DNA of 64,000 nucleotides from Clostridia bacterium (GCA_022793905.1 JAAWDU010000034.1:7734-71733), one strand, 5' to 3'; positions 12,108-25,497 are shown, counted from the stretch's first letter. Notes: generated from the letters alone by a model not told the origin. Program-made: numbers and translations.

Positions 12108-13040
12108 TTTCCTCCTTCAATATCTTTAGTGCATTTTCTAAGCTTTCACAATCAGTTATATTTAACACTCTCACATCTTTGTTTATTCTTTTTACAAAAC
12201 TTGATAAAGTTTTTCCGTGGACCTATTTCAATAAATGTATCTACTCCGCTTTTTTCTATCATCTCTTCTATTGATTTACTAAAATAGACTGGACTCATGA
12301 CATGTTTTGCTAAAATTTCTCTAATATCATCGTTTTTTGAATAAGCTTTAGCATCCATGTTTTTAATTACCTTATTTTCTTCTTTATAATTTATTTCTAT
12401 TTTATCTAATTCAAGTTTTAACTTATCTGATGCTTTTTCTAATTTCTTTGTATGGAATGGACCACTTGTTTTAAGTTCAATAGCTTTTTTGGCACCCTTT
12501 TCTTTTGCCTTTTCCATCGCTAGTTCAACTGCTTTTCTTTCTCCTGATATAACAACCTGCCCGAGGTGTATTATAATTTGCCGGAACAACAAATCCATTT
12601 TCTATTTCTTCACAAAGCTTTTCTACTGTTTCATCATCTAATCCTATTATTCCAGCCATTTTCCATTCACCTTCTGGAACATTTTCTTGCATTAATTTAC
12701 CTCTTTTTTTAACGATTTCAACTCCATCCTCAAATGATATGTATTTAGAATATATAAGTGCAGAGTATTCTCCAAGGCTCAATCCTGCTGAAACGTTTGC
12801 TTCTATTTGGTTCTTTTTTAAGACTTCTAAAATTCCAAGACTCATTGTTAAAATTGCTATCTGCGTATTCTTAGTTTGGAAAAGTTCTTCTTCTGGTCCT
12901 TCAAAAGATACTTCTTTTATAGGCATTTTTGTAATTTCACTTACTTTTTCATAAATCTCTCTAATTTCACTATATTTTTTATATAAATCTTTTCCCATTC
13001 CGAACAAATTGTGAACCTTGCCCTGGGAATAAAAATGCAT
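12100..13040 (-). CDS. fabD: Malonyl CoA-ACP transacylase, with two frameshifts
   Basis: ORFs 12525..13040 (GLSLGEYSAL) and 12152..12598. The C-terminus is restored in an alternate frame. Confidence 0.8.
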
Positions 13041-13133
13041 TTTTCATAATAAAAAATTCCTTCCGCATAGTTTAACCAAAATATATTATATTACAAACGA
13101 AAAAATTTTGCATTATACTGAGCGGTCAGAATT

Positions 13134-14025
13134 TTATTTTCTTACGTTATTTTCCATATATGGATTAACATGCACCATACAATGCTTTACGAGCTCAATT
13201 TCTTTTTCTATCGTATCATGAATATTTTCTGCAATCTTGTGTGTTTCAAATAAAGTTTTATCTCCATCTGCACTTATCTCAACATCAACATATATTTTAT
13301 TTCCAAATTTTCTTGTTTTGACTTCGTCAATTCTCATAACTCCATTTTGTTTGTTTATTGCATTATAAATTTTATTTATTGTTTCATCATCACAAGCTTC
13401 ATCTGTCAACTGTCTAATTGTTTCAATAAATATGTCTATACCTGCTTTTATTATAAATATGGAAATAGCTATACTTGCGATTGAATCTAAAGCTAAAAAC
13501 CCCATTCTAGTTCCAAGTATTCCGAATAAAACTTCCGAATTGATGAAAGTGCATCTGATCTGTGGTGCCATGCATCCGCCATCACGGCTCCAGAATTAAT
13601 TTTTTTTGCAACACCTCTTGTATACCAATACATTGCTTCTTTTACGATTATTGATAAAACCGCTGCCATTAGAGCTAAAATACCTGGCATTTCAAAATTT
13701 CTGTATTCGCCGAGTAAAAATATTTTGCACTCCTGATATTCCGAATTCCAATTCCTGTTACTATAAGTATTACTGAAAGAACAATTGATGCAATACATTC
13801 AAATCTTTCATGCCCATATGGATGCGACTTATCTGACTTTTTGTTTGAAATTTTTACTCCTATTATCACAATTACTGAGCTTACAACATCAGATGCTGAA
13901 TGAATTGCATCTGATATCATTGCATACGAAGCAGAAAATATTCCTGCAAATAGTTTTAAAAATGATAATATTAGATTAATAATTATACTTATTTTTGATG
14001 CCTTTATGGCTTCTTTTTCTTGCAT
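13134..14025 (-). CDS. Cation diffusion facilitator (CzcD/FieF-like) metal efflux transporter, in three fragments
   Basis: ORFs 13675..14025, 13493..13798 and 13134..13571. CDF TM signature (HSASDVVSS...HPYGHER) plus a C-terminal cytoplasmic domain. Confidence 0.75.
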
Positions 14026-14078
14026 TCCTCTCTCCTTTTCTATTTTACTTGTGTTAAGAACTCTTTCGGACTATATAA

Positions 14079-14133
14079 AAAACGGAACCAATATTTTCTA
14101 AGCTCATCCTTCGCTAAGAAAATCTAAGTTTCG
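14079..14133. repeat. Degenerate copy of a ~56-bp palindromic intergenic repeat (a better copy is at 18234..18291)
   Basis: AACGGAACcAAtATTTTCTAAGCTCATccTTCGCTaAGAAAATCTaAGTTtCG aligns to the second copy at about 50 of 56 positions. Confidence 0.55.
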
Positions 14134-14296
14134 CATAATTATCTTCTACGTCAATTACACTCTATGCGCGTAATTTCCTAGAATATAAAAAACTCTCTGG
14201 GTCTTTATTTTATCCCACAGAGTCTTTTTTGCTCCTAACTTAAGCCCTTGTTTTCACCTAATATCATATTATATTCTTCTTATTTTGTTTTGATTA

Positions 14297-15062
14297 TTAA
14301 ATTTCTCTTGCTTTTATTATATGCCTTTGTTTTCCATTTGAATTACATGTTATAAGCGTTACTTCTTTTTTGCCATTTGTGTGTTGACTTGTACATGCTA
14401 CATTACTTGGGTCTACTAAGTATTTATCATATACTTTATATTTTATCATTCTTCCTGACAAATCTGTTAATTCTAGTATTGCTCCTATGCTTATTCCTGG
14501 CAGTTTTCCAAACATTTTGCCTCCTCTATAGTTATGTCCTGCAATTACATAGTTTCCGTACTTCGTTTGGTTCTGGTCCCCAAATCTTGTTTAGTGAAAT
14601 TTTTAGTAGTTCGTCTGATGATTCTGATAGGACTGGATATTCAATATCTAGGCTTGGAATTTTTAGTATTGCTTGTGTATAATATGTCTTACCATCTGGT
14701 GCAATAGATTCTACTATCGAGGTTTTGTCTTTTGGTTTTTCTAGGCTATCTAGGTTTATTTCCTGTTTTTCATCTCCGCCACTTGCTAGGGCATCTATTA
14801 TTATTACTCCTTCTTCTACTGAAATTGTTGTATCATCACTTGTTTCCCCTATTGCTTCTAGTATGTCTTGTGAGACTTGCTCACTTTTGTTTCTATCGTA
14901 TTCTGCATAAATGCATACCGAAAATAATGTACATGCTAAAAAACAAGATAAAAAGAAGTTGAATTTATAGATTGTTCTTTTTCTCTTGAGTTCTGGAGTA
15001 ACAATTATGCTTTCAGTTACTAATATTTGATTAACTGTTTTTTTATTTTTTTTATTTTTCAT
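14297..15062 (-). CDS. Sortase-family transpeptidase (N-terminal TM anchor), with one frameshift
   Basis: ORFs 14532..15062 and 14297..14515. TLITC catalytic-cysteine motif. Confidence 0.75.
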
Positions 15063-15159
15063 AAGTTAAATTATACTATATTTAAAATTGGTTTTCAAGT
15101 GGTTTTTATGATTTTTTGGTGGTAATTTAAGGAATAAAAATGAATGCTAAAAGCTTAAT

Positions 15160-16878
15160 TTAATTTTCTTTTTTAATTTTTTCTAATTCTATGTTTCTCT
15201 TAACTTTTTGTGTAGTAGTTTTTACCATTGGTTCATCGGTTAATATAAGTTTTTTCATATATTTATATTTTGGAAGTTTTGTATTTATCTCTTTAATATC
15301 TTGCCAAACTATATTTCTAAACTCATCTTCAGATAAATCAGAATATTTCTCTTTTACATAATCTTTATTATAAACAATCTTTACAGAAACCATAAGGTCA
15401 TCATCTTTTTCTTCTCCATATACCATGCTCTCTGCAACATATGGCAAATTATTTACCAAAACTTCAATTTCTTCTGGATAAACGTTTTTGCCATTTTTCA
15501 AAACAATAACATTCTTCTTTCTTCCTGTAATAAATAAGATTCCATCTTTATCCTTATAGCCCAAATCTCCTGTATGATACCAACCATCAATTAAAACTTC
15601 ATTTGTCGCTACTTCATCTTCATAATATCCTAACATTACATTTGGACCTTTTGCAATTATTTCACCTATTCCCTGCTCATTTGGTTCAAAAATTTCTATT
15701 TCAACACTAGGAAATGGATATCCGACAGAGCCATATCTTAGTACATTAATGCTTTCTGCTGAAAGCACAGGAGATGTTTCTGTAAGTCCATATCCTTGAA
15801 TTGTAAGTATTCCAAAATCATTTAATCCTTTTGCTACATTTTTATCAAGAGGAGATGCCCCACTTACAATAAATCTAAGCTCACCTCCAAGCTCTGACAA
15901 TATGTCTTTAAACAATTTTCTTCTTATATCAATTCCAAATTTAAGCAAAATATTACTTATGCCAAGCCCAATTTTGACTGCTCTAGTTTTCCCTTTTTTC
16001 TCTATTCCTGCTTCAATTTTTTTGTAAATTGCCTCAATCAAAAGTGGTACACATACAAAAACCGAAACCTTATATTCTTTAAGGTTTTCTTGTACATGTC
16101 TCAATCCATCACAAAATACATTTCTAACACCTTTTGAGATAAAAAGCAAAATTCCAGTAGAGCCAAAAGTGTGATGAAATGGTAAAAAAGCAATATTTGT
16201 ATCTGTTTCATACATCCTTTCTACTCTATTCATATCATTTATATTGCTTATTATATTTCTCTGTGATAGCATTACTGCCTTTGATAAGGCAGTAGTTCCT
16301 GATGTAAAAACAATTGATGCCACAGCATCTAAGTCTATTTCTTCATCTATAAAACTTCTCTCACCTTCTTCTATAAGTTCTTCTCCTTTTTGGACAATCT
16401 CTCTTATATTATCTATTCTATCAATTGCATCCATACAAATTATTTTTTTTAGTGCAGTTTCACCATTTACCATAATATTTTTTATAGTCTCTAAATAACT
16501 TTCTTCACAAAAAATAACTTCTGATTTTGATTTTTTTATTGACATTTCAATTTCTTCATCTGGTAATCCTTTGTCAAGTGGAACAGCAGTTCCTACACCA
16601 CCTATAATAGCGCAATATGCAAGAACCCATTCATATCTATTTTTTCCAATTATAGCTATTTTTTTATCTTTATATCCCATATTTATCAAAGCAGTTCCTA
16701 AAGAATTTACTTCTCTTGAAAACTTTTCATAAGTAATATTTTCATATTCTTTCTTTTTTCCTTCTTGATGTTTTATTACAAACGCAGTCCTTTCGGCAAA
16801 TTCTCTTCCTGAATTCTCTACAAGTTCTTTAATATTTTTAAATTGTTTTACATCATACATTAATACTTTTTTCATCAA
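15160..16878 (-). CDS. Long-chain fatty acid-CoA ligase (AMP-binding family)
   Basis: 572 aa with the FTSGTTALSKAV AMP-binding motif. Confidence 0.8.
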   Translation of the reverse strand: MMKKVLMYDVKQFKNIKELVENSGREFAERTAFVIKHQEGKKKEYENITYEKFSREVNSLGTALINMGYKDKKIAIIGKNRYEWVLAYCAIIGGVGTAVPLDKGLPDEEIEMSIKKSKSEVIFCEESYLETIKNIMVNGETALKKIICMDAIDRIDNIREIVQKGEELIEEGERSFIDEEIDLDAVASIVFTSGTTALSKAVMLSQRNIISNINDMNRVERMYETDTNIAFLPFHHTFGSTGILLFISKGVRNVFCDGLRHVQENLKEYKVSVFVCVPLLIEAIYKKIEAGIEKKGKTRAVKIGLGISNILLKFGIDIRRKLFKDILSELGGELRFIVSGASPLDKNVAKGLNDFGILTIQGYGLTETSPVLSAESINVLRYGSVGYPFPSVEIEIFEPNEQGIGEIIAKGPNVMLGYYEDEVATNEVLIDGWYHTGDLGYKDKDGILFITGRKKNVIVLKNGKNVYPEEIEVLVNNLPYVAESMVYGEEKDDDLMVSVKIVYNKDYVKEKYSDLSEDEFRNIVWQDIKEINTKLPKYKYMKKLILTDEPMVKTTTQKVKRNIELEKIKKEN

Positions 16879-16981
16879 ATTAGTTCCCCTCGACCTAGTT
16901 TATAACACTAGATTATCATATATAAAAAAAACTGTCAATTAGTTTTCAATATTTTGACCAATTAGTCTATTATCAGACATT

Positions 16982-18137
16982 TTATTTTTCTTTTAATTCC
17001 TCTACTATCTTACACAAGTTATCCACTAAAAAATCCACATCTTCTCTTGTATTCTCTTCGCCGAAAGTTACTCTTAAGGTTCCTCCAATAAATTCTCTTG
17101 GAACTCCAATTGAGATTAGAACATGTGAAGGTGTACTCTCTCCAGAATTACAAGCAGAACCTACAGACGTACAAATTCCGAACCTCATCTAATTTTAACA
17201 AAAGTGCATCTCCTTCTACATCTTTAAATGAAATATTTGCATTACCTGGAAGCCTATCCTTTCTATCTCCATTTATTCTAATATCTTTGATTCTCTTTTC
17301 TACACTTGAAATATAATATTCTCTTAAATCCAAAAGCTTTTTGTTATACTTATCAATGTTTTTATTTGCAAGCTCAATAGCACTTCCGAAGTCCTACAAT
17401 TTCAGCCACATTCTCAGTTCCTCCTCTTTTATCTCTTTCTTGATGCCCTCCATCTTGAATTTTTTCAAATTCAATTCCTTGCCTTATATAAAGTGCACCG
17501 TACACCTTTTGGTCCATAAAACTTATGAGCAGAAAGACTTAAAGCATCTATTCCTTGGTCTTTAACATCTATTTTTAAATTACCAATTGCTTGAACTGCA
17601 TCAGTATGAAAATATACATTATGCTTTTGGGCAATCTTTGCAATTTCAGAAATAGGCTGAATAACGCCAATTTCGTTATTTGCAGTCATTATAGAAATAA
17701 GAATCGTATTATCTTTTATAGATGCTTCAAGTTCCTCTAAATTAATTTTACCGTGAACTAGATACATTCAAATAAGTAATATCATATCCCATTTTTTCAA
17801 GTGACTTACATGAATTTAAAACAGCATGATGTTCAATTTTGCTAGTAATAATATGATTTCCTCTATTTTTATTTGCAAAGGCAATACCCTTTATAGCTAA
17901 ATTATCACTCTCACTACCACAACTAGTAAAATAAATTTCCTTAGTCTTAGCGCCAATAGCAAAAGCAACTCTTTCTCTAGCATTTTCAATAGCTCTCTTA
18001 CTAGCCCTACCAATACTATAAATAGAAGAAGGATTACCATAATTAATCCCAAAATAAGGAAGCATTTCCCTCAAGACCTCTTCTTTAACAAAAGTAGTAG
18101 CAGAATGATCAAAATAACGAATTTTATCCAAAACCAA
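16982..18137 (-). CDS. Cysteine desulfurase (NifS/IscS family), in about four fragments
   Basis: ORFs 17748..18137, 17471..17767, 17148..17333 and 16982..17188. The PLP-lysine region [12 protein letters not shown] and the active-site GSACNSG are present. Confidence 0.8.
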
Positions 18138-18233
18138 CCCCTCCTATATAAAAACTCTCATTCAAATTCTATTCATCCTATCACTAACCTAGAAGCACAT
18201 TTTTTTATTGACTAAATTCTAGGATATTAGACC

Positions 18234-18291
18234 AAACGGAACTAAGATTTTCTAAGCTCATAATTCGCTCAAGAAAATCTTAGTTCCGTTT
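18234..18291. repeat. Perfect 20-bp-stem palindromic repeat (AAACGGAACTAAGATTTTCT-18 nt-AGAAAATCTTAGTTCCGTTT) downstream of ileS; second member of the dispersed repeat family
   Basis: Read directly from the sequence. Confidence 0.6.
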
Positions 18292-18332
18292 TTCAGCATA
18301 TTCATAAAAGCTCAAAAATTCCAATAAAAGAA

Positions 18333-21300
18333 CTATTTTGCAACTTCCACACTTATCCAAAGTTTCTCCCCATTAATATTATACTCATCTTTCTTCATGT
18401 CTTCTCTAATTATCAAGTCTATAGTCAAAGTCTCTTTTTTTATAAGTTCTTTATTTTCCATTACTATATCTTCAAGCATTTTATTCCCAGAAATATATAG
18501 GTAAATCCTATCAAGCACTTCAAATCCGCTATCTTTTCTTAAATTTTGAACTTTTGATATTATCTCTCTTACATATCCCTCTTTCTTTAATTCTTCAGTA
18601 ATTGTAGTATCTAATACCACTCCTACTGTTCCAGAACCCGCAAATGCAAATCCTTCTTTTCCTTTCATTGTAACAATCAACTTTTCATTATCAAGTTCAA
18701 TCATTTCACCCTGAACAATAATTTCATGTTTTTCTCCATTTTTTATCTTGCTTGCAAGCTCCATTTGATTACATCTAGAAATCTCTGCTTTTATTTGAGG
18801 TATCAACTTACCATAAGTTCTACCTAAAACTGGCAAATTAGGAAGTATCTCAAAATCAACATATTTTGAAAGGTCGGCTCCAAGCTCTACTTTCTTAACA
18901 TTAAGTTCATCTTTTATAATATCTCCATAATATTCAGGTAAAGTCTCAAGCGAAATTAGCACATTTGATAGTGGCTGTCTATTCTTAATATTCGCACTAT
19001 TTCTAGCACTTCTACCAAGTTTTACTAAATTGTAGGCTAAATCCATTTCTTCTTCAAGTTTCTTATCAATCTCACTCTCAGAAACCTCTGGCCATTTACA
19101 TAAATGAACACTTTCAATTTCATCTTTATTCAAACTTATTACTAAATTCTGATAAATTTCTTCTGCAATAAAAGGTACAAAAGGAGCAATTACCTTAGAA
19201 AGAGTAACTAAAACTCTATATAAAGTTACAAAAGCACCTATTTTTTCATCATTAAGCTCATTTCCCCAAAATCTATTTCTATTACGCCTTACATACCAAT
19301 TAGAAAGTTCATCAACAAACTCTTCAATTTTAAGTGCAGAGCCTGTAATATCATATGCTTCTAGTCCTTTATCCACCTCAATAATTAAAGTATTTAACTT
19401 AGATATTATCCACTTATCCATTATATTTTTAGCTTTAAACTCTTTGTGTTCAAGTGGATTTATTTTATCTATATTTGCATATAACACATAGAATGAATAT
19501 ACATTCCATAAAGTTCCCAAAAATCTCCTCGAAGTATCTCCTACATCTTCAAGAGAAAATCTTGTCGGAAGCCAAGGGCTACTTGCAGTGTAAAAATGCC
19601 ATCTTGTTGCATCTGCACCTTCTTTTTCAATAACTTCAAATGGATCAACAACATTCCCTTTTGATTTAGACATCTTGAGTCCTTTTTTATCAAGTACATG
19701 TCCTAAAACAATACAATTTTCGAAAGAGGCTTTTCCAAAAACCGCAGTAGATATAGCAAGAAGAGTATAAAACCAACCTCTAGTCTGGTCTACAGCTTCT
19801 GAAATAAATTGTGCCGGATAATTTTTTTCAAATATTTCTTTATTTTCAAAAGGATAATGAAGTTCTGCAAAAGGCATAGAACCAGAGTCAAACCAACAAT
19901 CAATAACTTCTTTTGCTCTAGTCATCTCTCCTCCGCACTTTTCACATTTTAAATGAACCTCATCTATATATGGTTTATGAAGCTCTATTTCTCTTGGTAC
20001 ATCAATTCCCTTTTCTCTTAACTCTTGAATACTTCCAATACATTCTTTATGCCCACATTCACATTTCCAAATTGGAAGCGGTGTTCCCCAATATCTATCT
20101 CTCGAAATTCCCCAGTCTATAACATTTTCAACAAATTTTCCAAATCTTCCAGTTCTGATTGTATCTGGGTACCAATGAATTTTATTGTTATTTTCAATAA
20201 GCTCATCTTTTAAAGTAGACATTGCAACAAACCAACTTTCTTTTGGATAATAAAGAAGTGGTGTATCACATCTCCAACAGTGTGGATATGAGTGCATATG
20301 TCTTTCAGAGCTAAATAATTTATTGTTTTCTTTTAAATATTTTACAATACTTTCATCACATTTTTTAACAAATTTTCCAGCCCATGGTGTAACATCAGAA
20401 ATAAACTTTCCTTCTTTGTCTACCAAATTAACAAAAGCAATTCCATTAGCTTTTGCAACAAAGCTATCATCTTCACCATAAGCAGGCGCAATATGTACAA
20501 TTCCAGTACCTTCTTCTAAAGATACATAATCTCCATGAATTACTACAAAAGCTTTTTCTTCTACCTTTGCAAATGGAAGTAGCTGTTTATATTTTAATCC
20601 CAAAAGTTCACTACCTTTAAACTCTTTTATTATCTCATAATCATCGCCTAAAACCTTACTACAGAGTTCTTTTGCAAGTATATATGTCTCATCTTGCCTT
20701 ATTTCCTCGTTTTCACTTGAATTAACTTTAGCTTCAACATATGTATATGCTTTATTAACACATAAAGCTAAGTTTGAAGGAAGTGTCCATGGAGTTGTTG
20801 TCCATGCTAAAATATATGTTTTTTCTCTTCCTTCTACCTCAAATTTTGCTGTACATGTCAAATCATTTACATCTTTATATCCCTGAGCAACTTCATGTGA
20901 AGATAATGCAGTTCCACATCTCGGACAATATGGCATAACTTTATGTCCTTCATAAAGAAGATTTTTATTCCACATTTCTTTTAATGCCCACCAAACAGAT
21001 TCTATATAGTCATTATGATATGTCACATATGGATTATCCATATCAACCCAAAATCCTATTTGGTCTGTCATTTTTTCCCACATAGATACATATGAAAATA
21101 CACTTGCCTTACAATCTTTTATAAACTTCTCAATTCCATATTCTTCAATTTGTGCTTTTCCAGATATTCCAAGCTTTTTTTCAATTTCAAGTTCTACTGG
21201 AAGTCCATGTGTATCCCATCCAGCTTTTCTAAGAACTTGATATCCTTTCATAACTTTATACCTTGGAATAATATCTTTCATTACTCTTGTCAAAATATGC

Positions 21301-21470
21301 CCAACGTGTGGCTTTCCATTTGCTGTAGGTGGTCCATCATAGAAAGTAAAATATCTTTCACCTTTATTCATATCAAAATTCTTTTTAATTATATCATTTT
21401 CTTTCCAAAAATTCCTTACTTCGATTTCTTTTCCAGAAAAGCCATGTGGTAATTCTACTTTTTTGTGCAT
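18333..21470 (-). CDS. ileS: Isoleucyl-tRNA synthetase (type-2 / long form), intact
   Basis: 1045 aa with [12 protein letters not shown] and KMSKSKGN. Confidence 0.9.
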   Translation of the reverse strand: MHKKVELPHGFSGKEIEVRNFWKENDIIKKNFDMNKGERYFTFYDGPPTANGKPHVGHILTRVMKDIIPRYKVMKGYQVLRKAGWDTHGLPVELEIEKKLGISGKAQIEEYGIEKFIKDCKASVFSYVSMWEKMTDQIGFWVDMDNPYVTYHNDYIESVWWALKEMWNKNLLYEGHKVMPYCPRCGTALSSHEVAQGYKDVNDLTCTAKFEVEGREKTYILAWTTTPWTLPSNLALCVNKAYTYVEAKVNSSENEEIRQDETYILAKELCSKVLGDDYEIIKEFKGSELLGLKYKQLLPFAKVEEKAFVVIHGDYVSLEEGTGIVHIAPAYGEDDSFVAKANGIAFVNLVDKEGKFISDVTPWAGKFVKKCDESIVKYLKENNKLFSSERHMHSYPHCWRCDTPLLYYPKESWFVAMSTLKDELIENNNKIHWYPDTIRTGRFGKFVENVIDWGISRDRYWGTPLPIWKCECGHKECIGSIQELREKGIDVPREIELHKPYIDEVHLKCEKCGGEMTRAKEVIDCWFDSGSMPFAELHYPFENKEIFEKNYPAQFISEAVDQTRGWFYTLLAISTAVFGKASFENCIVLGHVLDKKGLKMSKSKGNVVDPFEVIEKEGADATRWHFYTASSPWLPTRFSLEDVGDTSRRFLGTLWNVYSFYVLYANIDKINPLEHKEFKAKNIMDKWIISKLNTLIIEVDKGLEAYDITGSALKIEEFVDELSNWYVRRNRNRFWGNELNDEKIGAFVTLYRVLVTLSKVIAPFVPFIAEEIYQNLVISLNKDEIESVHLCKWPEVSESEIDKKLEEEMDLAYNLVKLGRSARNSANIKNRQPLSNVLISLETLPEYYGDIIKDELNVKKVELGADLSKYVDFEILPNLPVLGRTYGKLIPQIKAEISRCNQMELASKIKNGEKHEIIVQGEMIELDNEKLIVTMKGKEGFAFAGSGTVGVVLDTTITEELKKEGYVREIISKVQNLRKDSGFEVLDRIYLYISGNKMLEDIVMENKELIKKETLTIDLIIREDMKKDEYNINGEKLWISVEVAK

Positions 21471-21514
21471 ATATGCATCTCTCCCTTTTTTATTAAAATA
21501 ATGGCTTAATTTTA

Positions 21515-22837
21515 TTATGCTGTTTCTTTATTTTTTTCCTTATTAAGTGTAAGTTTTCTCTTAATATGTTTCTTTTTTACTTTCTCCTCATTTATAGTAA
21601 GCACTGGTTCTTTTCCCTCTAATACTGTATCCTTTGTTATTATACACTTTTCTATTTTAGGGTTTGAAGGTATATCAAACATTATATCTCTCATTATTTC
21701 TTCAATTATAGAACGAAGTCCTCTTGCACCTGTATTTCTTTCTATAGCTTTTTCAACTATTACAAGTATTGCATCTTCTTCAAATTCTAGCTCTACATCA
21801 TCCATTTCTAAAAGCTTTTTATATTGTTTAACTAAAGCATTTTTTGGCTCTGTTAAAATTTTTACTAAAGCTTCTTTATCAAGTTCTCTAAGTGTTGTAA
21901 CAATTGGAAGTCTTCCAACAAATTCTGGAATTAGTCCGAATTTAAGCAAATCTTGTGGTAATAATTCTTCATAAACTTTATATTTATCAATCTCTTTTTT
22001 ACTTTCTATTTTAGCTGAAAAACCTATTCCTTTTTTTCCAACTCTTTCATTTATGATTTTATCTAGTCCTTCAAATGCTCCACCACAAATAAAAAGTATA
22101 TTTGAAGTATTAATCTGCAAAAGCTCTTGATGTGGGTGCTTTCTTCCACCTTGCGGAGGAACTGAGGCGGTTGTTCCTTCAATTATCTTAAGAAGTGATT
22201 GTTGAACACCTTCTCCACTTACATCTCTTGTTATAGAAGGATTTTCTGACTTTCTTGTAATTTTATCTATTTCATCTATATAAATAATTCCTCTCTCTGC
22301 TAACTCTATATCTCCATCTGCCGCTTGTATTAATTTTAATAAAATATTTTCAACATCTTCTCCAACATACCCAGCTTCTGTTAGAGTTGTTGCATCTGCA
22401 ATTGAAAATGGAACATTTAAAATCTTTGCAAGTGTTTGTGCAAGAAGAGTCTTTCCACATCCTGTTGGTCCAAGTAATAAAACATTACTTTTTTGTATTT
22501 CCACATCATGTGCATCTTCTTCATTATTTATTCTTTTATAATGGTTATATACTGCAACAGAAAGTGTCTTCTTTGCAACTTCTTGCCCAATTACATATTC
22601 ATCAAGTATCTTTTTTATTTGCTCTGGATTTGGAAGTTCTTCATCCTGATTAAGAGTATATTCTGTATCTTCATCATAAACAATATCTGCTTCTACAATA
22701 TTTTTACACACTCCAATACATTCATCACAGATATACACTCCTGGTCCTGCGACCATTCTCTTAACACTTTCTTGAGTTTTACCGCAAAATGAACATTTTG
22801 CATTTTTCGTATTTTTATCATTATTATTTTTTGCCAT
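21515..22837 (-). CDS. clpX: ATP-dependent Clp protease ATP-binding subunit ClpX
   Basis: 440 aa with an N-terminal zinc finger (CSFCGK...CDEC) and the GPTGCGKT Walker A. Confidence 0.92.
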   Translation of the reverse strand: MAKNNNDKNTKNAKCSFCGKTQESVKRMVAGPGVYICDECIGVCKNIVEADIVYDEDTEYTLNQDEELPNPEQIKKILDEYVIGQEVAKKTLSVAVYNHYKRINNEEDAHDVEIQKSNVLLLGPTGCGKTLLAQTLAKILNVPFSIADATTLTEAGYVGEDVENILLKLIQAADGDIELAERGIIYIDEIDKITRKSENPSITRDVSGEGVQQSLLKIIEGTTASVPPQGGRKHPHQELLQINTSNILFICGGAFEGLDKIINERVGKKGIGFSAKIESKKEIDKYKVYEELLPQDLLKFGLIPEFVGRLPIVTTLRELDKEALVKILTEPKNALVKQYKKLLEMDDVELEFEEDAILVIVEKAIERNTGARGLRSIIEEIMRDIMFDIPSNPKIEKCIITKDTVLEGKEPVLTINEEKVKKKHIKRKLTLNKEKNKETA

Positions 22838-22880
22838 TTTTCTATAAATTCCTCCTAAATCTTAAACGAGGGTTTATGAA

Positions 22881-22913
22881 AATTAGATATTAGAATTTTT
22901 CTAATATCTAATT
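22881..22913 (-). terminator. Perfect 14-bp-stem hairpin between clpP and clpX (AATTAGATATTAGAA-ttttt-TTCTAATATCTAATT); possibly a partial terminator or attenuator
   Basis: Read directly. The 13-mer TTAGATATTAGAA recurs at about 47236. Confidence 0.4.
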
Positions 22914-22937
22914 TAACATTTAGCCCTAAACTAAAAA

Positions 22938-23537
22938 TTAATTTCTTTTATCTAAAATACCATCAATTAATCCATATTCTAGCGCCTGCTGTGCTGTCAT
23001 ATAATTGTCTCTTTCTGTGTCTTGATTAATTGTTTCAAGTGGTTTTCCTGTTCTCTCGCTTAAAATTTTATTCAATTTTTCTCTTGTACGTACCATATGG
23101 TCTGCATGTATCTTTATTTCTGTTGTTTGACCAGAAAGTCCTCCGGAAATTAAAGGTTGATGTATTAATATTTCTGAGTTTGGTGTTGCAAACCTTTTTC
23201 CTTTTTCTCCTGCTGCAAGTAATACAGATCCCATACTAGCAGCCAAACCTACACATATTGTAGATACTGGGCATTTTATATAATTCATAGTATCATAAAT
23301 TGCCATACCATCTGTTATAGACCCTCCTGGACTATTTATATATAATGATATTTCCTTATCTGGATCTTCTGATTCTAAGAACAATAATTGTGCAACTACA
23401 ACTCCTGCTGATGCCGAATCTACTTGTTCTCCTAAAAATATTATTCTATCTTTTAATAGTCTAGAATATATGTCATACGATCTTTCACCTTTATTTGTTT
23501 GCTCTATAACATAAGGTATTAAAGTATTACTTACCAT
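22938..23537 (-). CDS. clpP: ATP-dependent Clp protease proteolytic subunit
   Basis: [31 protein letters not shown] plus the Ser-His-Asp context. The start is probably the internal Met, not the one at 23570. Confidence 0.9.
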   Translation of the reverse strand: MVSNTLIPYVIEQTNKGERSYDIYSRLLKDRIIFLGEQVDSASAGVVVAQLLFLESEDPDKEISLYINSPGGSITDGMAIYDTMNYIKCPVSTICVGLAASMGSVLLAAGEKGKRFATPNSEILIHQPLISGGLSGQTTEIKIHADHMVRTREKLNKILSERTGKPLETINQDTERDNYMTAQQALEYGLIDGILDKRN

Positions 23538-23553
23538 TTGTTTCCTCCTAAGA

Positions 23554-24837
23554 TTATTTAATTTTTGCATTTTGAACTAAAAAGCTAATTACTTCTTCTT
23601 GTGCTAAGCTCTTTTTTATGTATTCCATAAAGTTCTCATTTTGTTTTAGTTCTTCTGCTGTTTTTCCATAAGTTTTAGCCATTTCTTCTAATTTTTCATC
23701 AATTTTTTCTTGTTTTGGCTCTATATTTTCTTCTTTAATAATTTGCTCTAAAACAAGTCTTGTTTTAATAGCTTGCTTTGCTTGCTCTTCTCCTTCTTTT
23801 CTGAAGTCTTCCATAGTTTTTCCTATCATATTTAAATACATATCCATATTCATTCCTTGATATCTTAGTCTGTTTTCCACTTCTTTAGTCATATTGTCAA
23901 GTTCTGTTTCTATCATTCCAGATGGGATATCTATTGTTACATCTTCACAAACTGTTTTTATAGCCTCTTCTTCTGTTTCATATTTTACTCTTGCTTTATT
24001 ATCTTCTTCAAGCTTCTCTTTTATGCTATTTTTAAGTTCTTCTAATGTATCAAACTCACTTGCATCTTTTGCAAAATCATCATTTATTTCTGGTAATTCT
24101 TTCTTTTTAATTTCATGCAATTTTACTTTAAATATAGCATCTTTTCCCTTTAACTCTTCTGAGAAATAATCATCTGGAAATTTTACTTTTATATCTTTTT
24201 CTTCTTCTTGTTTCATTCCAATGATTTGATCTTCAAATCCAGGTATAAAAGTACCAGATCCTATTTCTAATTCATGACCGTCTGCTTTTCCACCTTCGAA
24301 TTTTACTCCATCTACTGAACCTTCAAAGTCTATTACTGTAATATCTCCTTTTTCTACTGGTCTATTCTCTACTGAAACTATTCTCGAATTTCTTTCTGCC
24401 ATATGTCCTAACTCATGTTCAATATCTTCATCAGATACATTATACTCTATTTTTTTAATTTGTATTCCTTTATATTTACCTAGCTTAACTTCTGGTTTTG
24501 TTTGTATGATTGCTGTAAATTTTAAATTTTTTCCTTTTTCCATTTGCTCTATATCTAAATCTGGTCTGCTAACTGCTTCTATATTATTTTCCTTTAGTTC
24601 TTTTTCAAATACTTCTGGAACTACTTCATTAAATGCATCTTCATAAAAGATAGATGTTCCATATGTTTTTTCAACTATTGCCATAGGAGCCTTTCCTTTT
24701 CTGAACCCAGGTATATTAAAGTACTTTGCACTTTGCTCATATACTTTTTTTATAGCTGAATCGAATTTTTCTGCCTCTATTTCAAAGCTTAGTTTTAGTT
24801 CATTTGCATTTTTTGTTTTCTCAATTTTGATACTCAT
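23554..24837 (-). CDS. tig: Trigger factor
   Basis: 427 aa. The position upstream of clpP is conserved, and there is an FKBP-type PPIase middle domain. Confidence 0.85.
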   Translation of the reverse strand: MSIKIEKTKNANELKLSFEIEAEKFDSAIKKVYEQSAKYFNIPGFRKGKAPMAIVEKTYGTSIFYEDAFNEVVPEVFEKELKENNIEAVSRPDLDIEQMEKGKNLKFTAIIQTKPEVKLGKYKGIQIKKIEYNVSDEDIEHELGHMAERNSRIVSVENRPVEKGDITVIDFEGSVDGVKFEGGKADGHELEIGSGTFIPGFEDQIIGMKQEEEKDIKVKFPDDYFSEELKGKDAIFKVKLHEIKKKELPEINDDFAKDASEFDTLEELKNSIKEKLEEDNKARVKYETEEEAIKTVCEDVTIDIPSGMIETELDNMTKEVENRLRYQGMNMDMYLNMIGKTMEDFRKEGEEQAKQAIKTRLVLEQIIKEENIEPKQEKIDEKLEEMAKTYGKTAEELKQNENFMEYIKKSLAQEEVISFLVQNAKIK

Positions 24838-24929
24838 TTATTTTTCAGTCCTTCCTTAATTCTTAAAATTTCCTTGTAACTAGATTATTATATAAACTTT
24901 TTTTTGTTATGTCAATAGGTTCTATATAT

Positions 24930-25490
24930 TTAATTATTGTTTATTATTTCTATAACTTTTTCTATTGTTTTTTCTAAATCTGTGTTTTCTATTATATAGT
25001 CGTAATTTTCTATTTTTGATTCTTCAAAATCAAATCTTGATAGTCTTAAGTTTATTTCTTCTTCACTCGGCTTATCAATTCTACTCTCTAGTCTTTTTCT
25101 TAGTTCTTCTTTTGGTACTTTTAAGAATATTGTTACTACTTTCATGTCTTTTCTTAAAATTTTTACTAGATTCTCTGTTCCATTCACATCTACATCTTTT
25201 ATTACTATTTTTCCTTCTTTTATTCTTTCATTAAGCTGTTTTTTTGGTACTCCATAGTAATGATTATGATGTATATCAAATTCGTATAAGGCATTTTGAG
25301 TTATTAGTTTTTTAAATTCTTCATTATCTACAAAAATATATGTTTCACCGTGCAATATCTCCTGGTCTCATGGGTCTATCTGTAACTGAAGGAATTGATA
25401 CTACGTTTTCCATCCTTTTTATTATTTCTTTTTTTACTGTATCTTTTCCTGCTCCTGCAACTCCTGATAATATTACTAACATTATTGTTT
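24930..25490 (-). CDS. gmk: Guanylate kinase, with one frameshift
   Basis: ORF 24930..25355, plus an upstream frame with MLVILSGVAGAGKDT (P-loop). Confidence 0.8.
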
Positions 25491-25497
25491 TTCCTTC

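Noticed and set aside
18333-21470. Type-2 (eukaryote-like) IleS as an acquired mupirocin-resistance determinant
   Set aside because: The gene sits in a native housekeeping context with host-like AT-rich composition. Long-form IleS is the normal chromosomal enzyme in many anaerobic Firmicutes.
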